A stretch of 13,892 nucleotides of DNA, taken from Octopus sinensis (taxonomy: Eukaryota). Within the stretch, counting starts at the first letter, position 1; every line of letters begins with the position of its first letter. The stretch spans positions 1 to 13,892 of the forward strand of contig NW_021825929.1 in the NCBI RefSeq assembly GCF_006345805.1, written 5' to 3'. Made by a program: the position numbers and the translations under genes. Positions 8,857 to 13,892 of this stretch are shown here, piece by piece. Below the pieces are notes generated by a model. That model made no database searches. It was not told the DNA's origin and was given only the letters and a program-made list of their open reading frames with translations.

Positions 8857-9900
8857 AATTTCTACAACTTCACCAGCCCCAATTTCTGGTCTCCTAATTC
8901 CTCTGATTGAAATCCCATGGATAACTATGCATAGGGTGCAGTTGAGAAAGACACCAACCGCTCTACAACACCAAGGATGAGCTAGTAACCAAGATCAAGT
9001 AGATGTTTGAAGATCTTCCCTGGAACACAATGGGGAATGCATGCACCAGGTTTTGGAGCCATGGTGGAAGATGAGGGCCACTACTTTGAATAAATTGTAT
9101 ATCTCAGCCTTAATCTAGTTGAAAATTTTTGATTTTTTTATAAATACTTTTATTTTTGGTAAGGATATTGTTTCTTTTCCTTTAATGCAAACTTCAACCA
9201 ACTCCTAAACCAGCCATCTACTGTTGACCAGGAAGCATTGCAGCAAATACCTCAGAAGCTTCTACTCAAAGACCTTGACCTGCTGCCTAATGTAAAAGAA
9301 ATCAAGACTGCCATAAAAGAAATGAACTGTGACAAAGCTCCAAGAGCAGATGGAATTTTTGCAGAGCTGTACAAGGCACTTGGTACCACGGCTTTCAGTG
9401 CATTCCATGACATCCTTGTATCCATTTGAAAGGAAGAGAGTATACCTGCAGACTTCCAAGACACTATCATAATTACACTCTACAAGAACATAGGGGCCAA
9501 GTCAAACTGCGGAAATTACATGGGCATTTCCCTGCTTTTTATTGCTGGGAAAATCCTGGTTTGCATCCTCTTTAACAGGCTCATCACCAGCATCTCTGAC
9601 AACAATTTGCCTGAAGCCCAGTGTAGCTTCCGCTCTGGTCGCAGCACCATAGACATGTTGTTTGCTGTGTGTCAAGTCATGGATTTGTACACTGTATTCA
9701 TAGACATGACCAAAGCTTTTGACACAGTCAACAGAGAAGCTTTGTGGAACATCCAAACTAAGCTGGGCTGTCCACACAAGTTCACCACATTAGTAAGACT
9801 TTTTCATGACAATATGACCAGTCAAGTTCTTTGCAATGGCGACTGCACCAACTCTTTCAACATTTCCAATGCAAACTTTAAATTTATCCCAAACACCCTG
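8857..9900 (+). mobile_element. 5'-truncated Tc1/mariner-superfamily DNA transposon remnant (transposase C-terminus 8857-9093 plus right TIR), interrupted by an RTE fragment
   Basis: Translation NFYNFTSPNFWSPNSSD*NPMDNYA*GAVEKDTNR, then YNTKDELVTKIK*MFEDLP..NACTRF and VEDEGHYFE* (TAA 9091-9093) shows the WPPNSPDxNPxD catalytic motif and GGxFE-type end. TIR-like AAATTTATCCCAAACACCCTG ends at 9900 (reverse complement starts CAGGGTG). No left TIR seen. Confidence 0.75.
9190..9871 (+). mobile_element. RTE-clade LINE internal fragment (N-terminal half of reverse transcriptase), pseudogenised
   Basis: One frame joining ORFs 9238 and 9520: NFNQLLNQP..KAPRADGIFAELYK..SI*KEESIPADFQD..NYMGISLL.IAGKIL..LPEAQCSFRSGRSTIDM..FIDMTKAFDTVNREALW..LGCPHKF..FHD. 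Single stop (TGA 9427-9429 at a conserved Trp) and an in-frame deletion of about 7-8 codons after VCQV. Confidence 0.92.
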
Positions 9901-10053
9901 CATTAATAAATTCCAACTCTGATAATGCATCAACATTTCAAATAACATATTCATAATCAATTGCTGACATTAATAAGACCGAGCTTAAAATGAGTGCAAA
10001 TTTCAACTTTTAACAAACCATAAATTTTGATAAAAGTAAATTCTAGAAGGATT

Positions 10054-10483
10054 GGCACAGGAGTGGCTGTGTGGTAAGTAGCTTGCTAACCAACCACATG
10101 GTTCCGGGTTCAGTCCCACAGTGTGGCATCTTGGGCAAGTGTCTTCTGCTATAGCCCCGGGCCGACCAATGCCTTGTGGGTGGATTTGGTAGACGGAAAC
10201 TGAAAGAAGCCTGTCATATATATGTATATATATATGTGTATGTATGTATGTGTTTGTGTGTCTGTGTTTGTGTGTCTGTGTTTGTCCCCCTAGCATTGCT
10301 TGATAACCGATGCTGATGTGTTTACGTCCCCGTCACTTAAAGTTCGGCAAAAGAGACCAATAAAATAAGTACTGGGCTTACAAAGAATAAGTCCTGGGGT
10401 CGATTTGCTCGACTAAAAGGCGGTGCTCCAGCATGGCCGCAGTCAAATGACTGAAACAAGTAAAAGAGAGAGTAAAGAGTAAG
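10054..10483 (+). mobile_element. Full-length tRNA-derived SINE (octopus-type, CORE-like segment) with internal (TA)/(TG) microsatellite
   Basis: A box TGGCTGTGTGG (10064-10074), B box GGTTCAGTCCC (10107-10117), CORE-like CTTGGGCAAGTGTCTT, 3' end GGCGGTGCTCCAGCATGGCCGCAGTCAAATGACTGAAAC plus an AGTAAAAGAG-type tail. Confidence 0.88.
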
Positions 10484-11047
10484 CTAAACAGAAAATATTG
10501 TGCTTTTCAATCACAATATACAATTGTCAAGACTTCATTTTCAATATTTGAATATATTGTTTCAACTGTAGTTATATATAGTAGTTATATAGGAAATTAA
10601 GGTGCTTGCTTAAATCTTTGCAAACGAAATTTGGAATCAGGTTTCTATTAACATATGACACAATGACATCAAGATTACCCTTGCTTTCACTATTTTCATG
10701 TGTTTATTTTTTGCTTACAGCATTCAAAATTTAGAAATCATCTCAAGTAGAATGCATTTAGTGCTTTGCATCAAGCATCTCATTACCTGATTGAAGATAT
10801 TGTAATGCTTTTACACAATGTTGAGACGACTGTGTGCCTATACCATCTTCTACACTCAGTTCTTCAGTTCCAATTTTTACCAAATTCACACAAATGATCT
10901 GACTCATAACTTTTGATAATTGGCTATATCAGAACGTAATGATATAAGAAACTGACCCTTTTAGTAATTATCAATTTCTCTTGGGAACAACTGATTACAG
11001 TATCACAGATGCTATACAGAAACTTTTCATATGACTGTAATATTCGT

Positions 11048-11108
11048 TTTCTTTTATTCTTTTCCTTGTTTCAGTCATTTCACTGTGGCCATGCTGGAGC
11101 ACCACCTT
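11048..11108 (-). mobile_element. 3'-terminal fragment of the same SINE family, inverted
   Basis: TTGTTTCAGTCATTTCACTGTGGCCATGCTGGAGCACCACCTT is the reverse complement of ~10418-10460 with few mismatches; pyrimidine-rich tail to its left. Confidence 0.8.
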
Positions 11109-11801
11109 GAAAAATATCAGTGCTGATTAAAAGAAAAAAAATTATTCTTTTCTTCTTTTTTAAATCATGAGTGTTCATAAGTTTTCCCACTCTTGCTGCT
11201 GCAGCAAAGCCTTGGTGGAAGTTCATTTCTATTGGTAATTGGTGATGCCATTGTTTTGTATTAAGTTTATCCTTGCAAAACTGAAGTCCTTCATTGCTTT
11301 TTTTTTTCATCTCTTTTCGATAGGAAAGAAAGTAGTGACCATGACCATTTGCAGGGACTCCAAGATTGGTGGAAAAGGAGGATGGTCTGAATGTTTGCAA
11401 TGGAAAATGCAAACAACTCCACTAAAAGCATCTGAGGACTAGAATATGATATCAAACTGAGCAGCAGATTAATGATTAATGGACTAAATAACCAACCTCC
11501 AATATTAAACTAGTAGCCTCCTTACATAATTTTGTTGAGCATGTAAAATGCATGCAATGGCTCAACAATATTACCATAACAACGATAATATAAAACTTGT
11601 AAAAATTGCAAGACAATAGTAAATCTAAACTTCACTATTTAATCATTTGTACTCCAGACACTACATTCACTGTTTTGATTAGCAAGGCCTCCCTTTATAT
11701 CAAATTTTAAAATTTACACAAAAAAGTATTTCGAATTCTGAAGTGATTTCAAAGCAATTTTAAATGATAATATAAAAAAAAAAACATAAAATCTCTCAAA
11801 C

Positions 11802-11894
11802 CTGGATATCTCGATAAGATATCAACATATTCCAAATAATTTCTGGTGATAAAAGCTGGGGATCATCTAGGCGCATCTGAAAACTATGCAATGC
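11802..11894 (-). CDS. MAP3K15: ASK-family MAP3K, 1st exon in window: ALHSFQMRLDDPQLLSPEIIWNMLISYRDIQ
   Basis: Acceptor ttttattcgtctag|GCA, donor CAG|gtttga; 93 bp, phase 0/0. Matches ASK R(L/V)DxxxxLxxDIxxNLLLSYRDIQ and joins in frame to the DYH exon. Confidence 0.95.
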
Positions 11895-12204
11895 CTAGAC
11901 GAATAAAAAATAGTTATATGGCAAAAAGTTATTAAGAAAATTTAAGGCCCAAGAAAGTACCCCAAATAACAGAGTCCCAAAAATAAAGAAAATTTTAATT
12001 CTTGCATTTTTGATTAGTATCGTTAAATTCATTGGGAATTTGTTTTAGAATGAGGAAGTAGAGCAAGAAGTGAAGGAATACACATTGTATATTCATCTTT
12101 TGAATTTAACAATTGGTAGAATTGGATTAGTGTAGCTAAAGGCAGAAAGGGTACAGGATTAAACTTTTAGGATAGTATCTAAAGCATGTCACAGTAAGAG
12201 TGAA

Positions 12205-12300
12205 ATGAAAAGTGCAAAGATGTTATAGCTATTTAGCCTTCAGTCAGTGCTGATCAAGCAGACATACGATCAAAAGTATTCTAGCCATGACCATCTTCTT
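12205..12300. repeat. Decayed fragment of an interspersed repeat
   Basis: CTATTTAGCCTTCAGTCAGTGCTGATCAAGCAGACATACGATCAAAAGTATTCTAGCCATGACCATC resembles a recurrent octopus repeat from memory only; class unknown. Confidence 0.35.
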
Positions 12301-12584
12301 CACATCCTTTTTATGTTCATTATTCTAAACTGACATGGACTGGACAAGCCTGTTCTGGTGCAAAATCTCACAACATATGACCCTCCATCATTTGAAACAT
12401 ATTACAACAGAGAAAACTGCCATAATTGGTTGTAGTCTGCCATGTCTTTCTTTTTTCTTTTTTTTTACCTTTCCTATCACCATTTTAGAGCATGAACTGG
12501 ATGCACTTTATTCTTCTGCACACTAGTGCAGTTGTCTGCCAGGACTAATATGTTTCCTTTACCTTGTATTAGATTTTATTTATT

Positions 12585-12812
12585 ATTCAGATTATGCTCT
12601 CAGCATTCAGATTATGCTCTCAATTGTAATGCTTTTTCATTCACATTGTTTTTAATTAATCATGCATTATTTCGTGACTTCGAAATTTGGATGGTGTGAT
12701 TGTATATTTTAGAATGGTATTGAAGAGTAGGTGTGATAGGCTGGATCTGGCTGGTTAAAATATAAAACAGGTAGCATTTTGGGGCTGGATATGGCCAGTT
12801 TAAATGCTAAAG
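12585..12812. mobile_element. Decayed MITE-like element with eroded TIRs and a 20-bp tandem duplication at its left end
   Basis: AGCATT near the left end (12602) and AATGCT(AAAG) at the right end are inverted; ATTCAGATTATGCTCTCA occurs at 12585 and 12605. Resembles a TTAA-flanked octopus MITE as I recall it; TTAA not preserved here. Confidence 0.5.
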
Positions 12813-13892
12813 TGATTTCAAACCAATTTTAAAAGATAATATAATACTTATGCTCCCCTACTTGCCTTTATAGATTATATTTACTGTGGCTTGCACAGTT
12901 CATGCCTTGTGCAATTTAATTAGGGTAGGATGCTTTTAAAATACAATTGAGTTTCTTCAGAGTATCCAAATTTTTAGATACACCACTTTCACTAAGGGTG
13001 AGAAGCTTCATGATGTTGGGAGGTAGTTAAGTAACTACAGCATGTACTTTCAGAGAATAAAGGTTATTTCTGTTATGTCAGTGGAGAGGAAGCTTATAGT
13101 GGTGGTGGTCTGAGGCGATTAGAAATAATACTGTTGTCTTGGTACAGGTAGAAGCTGAACGTTTAGCTACCAAGAGAACTTATCCTAATAAACTAATGGT
13201 GGTGGAGCCAAGATTGTCAAGTTCTGTGGAAAATGTATTTGTTGCCTCCAAGTTCAAACATTCAGATAACGATAATCAAAATCTACTCCAAAGTTTCACC
13301 AACAGTGGCTTAGACTGTTTGGTTAAGTTTCAAGTTTGTACATATGTACTCACACAAATATCAGATTCAATAATATGCATTTATCCCATCATTTTTTCAA
13401 ATATGGTGTATATCAATCTATTGTCAATTAAGCAGATGTATATTACTTGTACTATATACAGAAAATCTATATATGGTACAACACTACCCAGTGAAAAGTA
13501 TTACCTAAATATAAAGCATGCTGTGGTTTGGTATATCATTCTAATTTTAGAATATCTAGTTCCATTTAATATAGCTTAAGTTTACTTTCACAAACTATAT
13601 ACCTTGAAGAGATATGCATTAGTTCATCTCATCACTTCACTCTGTATAGTTAATTCATACATATGAACATTTCTGAACTGCACCTATCTACTTCTACACA
13701 AATTTTCTTTGCATTTTCTGTTCCTGCATACGACTAATTGTTAGCTGATGACCTCATAGGTCAAATACATTAATTCCTTTATGCAGAATTAATTTCTATT
13801 ATAACAAGACATTTACACATGTATTGTACAAATTTTAATTGTATTCTTTGAGTACATTGAAGAACATTAATTATATCAAAAGGATTTATACA

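Noticed and set aside
5865-9871. The two RTE fragments as one broken LINE
   Set aside because: They are in the wrong order (C-terminal part upstream of N-terminal part), separated by two ASK exons, and differ greatly in decay; independent insertions.
10054-10125. tRNA gene
   Set aside because: A and B boxes are present, but the sequence continues into SINE body and tail; it is a SINE head.
10787-10923. Minus-strand cryptic exon (ag|CCAATT...CAATCAG|gtaatg) in the ASK intron
   Set aside because: Not ASK-like; 137 bp would frameshift and contains TGA in the phase-0 frame. It could only be a poison exon, and nothing beyond splice-like dinucleotides supports that.
11080-11442. Overlapping ORFs, with FLSYRK resembling ASK LLSYRD
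   Set aside because: No donor at the required place; the true SYRDIQ exon is at 11894-11802.

Overview
Eukaryotic, AT-rich, microsatellite-rich genomic DNA, most likely octopus/coleoid cephalopod (inferred from SINE families I recall from octopus sequence; not verified by search). The window lies inside a minus-strand ASK-family MAP3K gene (ASK1/MAP3K5, MAP3K15-like). Four short GT-AG exons (11894-11802, 8330-8224, 7327-7279, 5725-5604), all absent from the ORF track, splice in frame to about 123 aa of the N-terminal regulatory region (DUF4071/TRAF-binding). Everything else is intronic and transposon-rich. Most notable: bases 1-4511 look like the end of a head-to-tail array of a ~3.06-kb non-coding Helitron, with an exact hairpin-CTAG|TC junction at 1454/1455 and a final CTAG at 4511 landing in a (TA)n tract. 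The unit carries a SINE, an opposite-strand mini-Helitron, an extra Helitron 5' half, a minisatellite and a 144-bp subrepeat. Also present: an RTE-type RT fragment, truncated at both ends and flanked by an 11-bp direct repeat, inside a Tc1/mariner remnant; a second, more decayed RTE fragment; several SINEs and MITE remnants. No rRNA, true tRNA gene or CRISPR seen. Identity figures are hand estimates.
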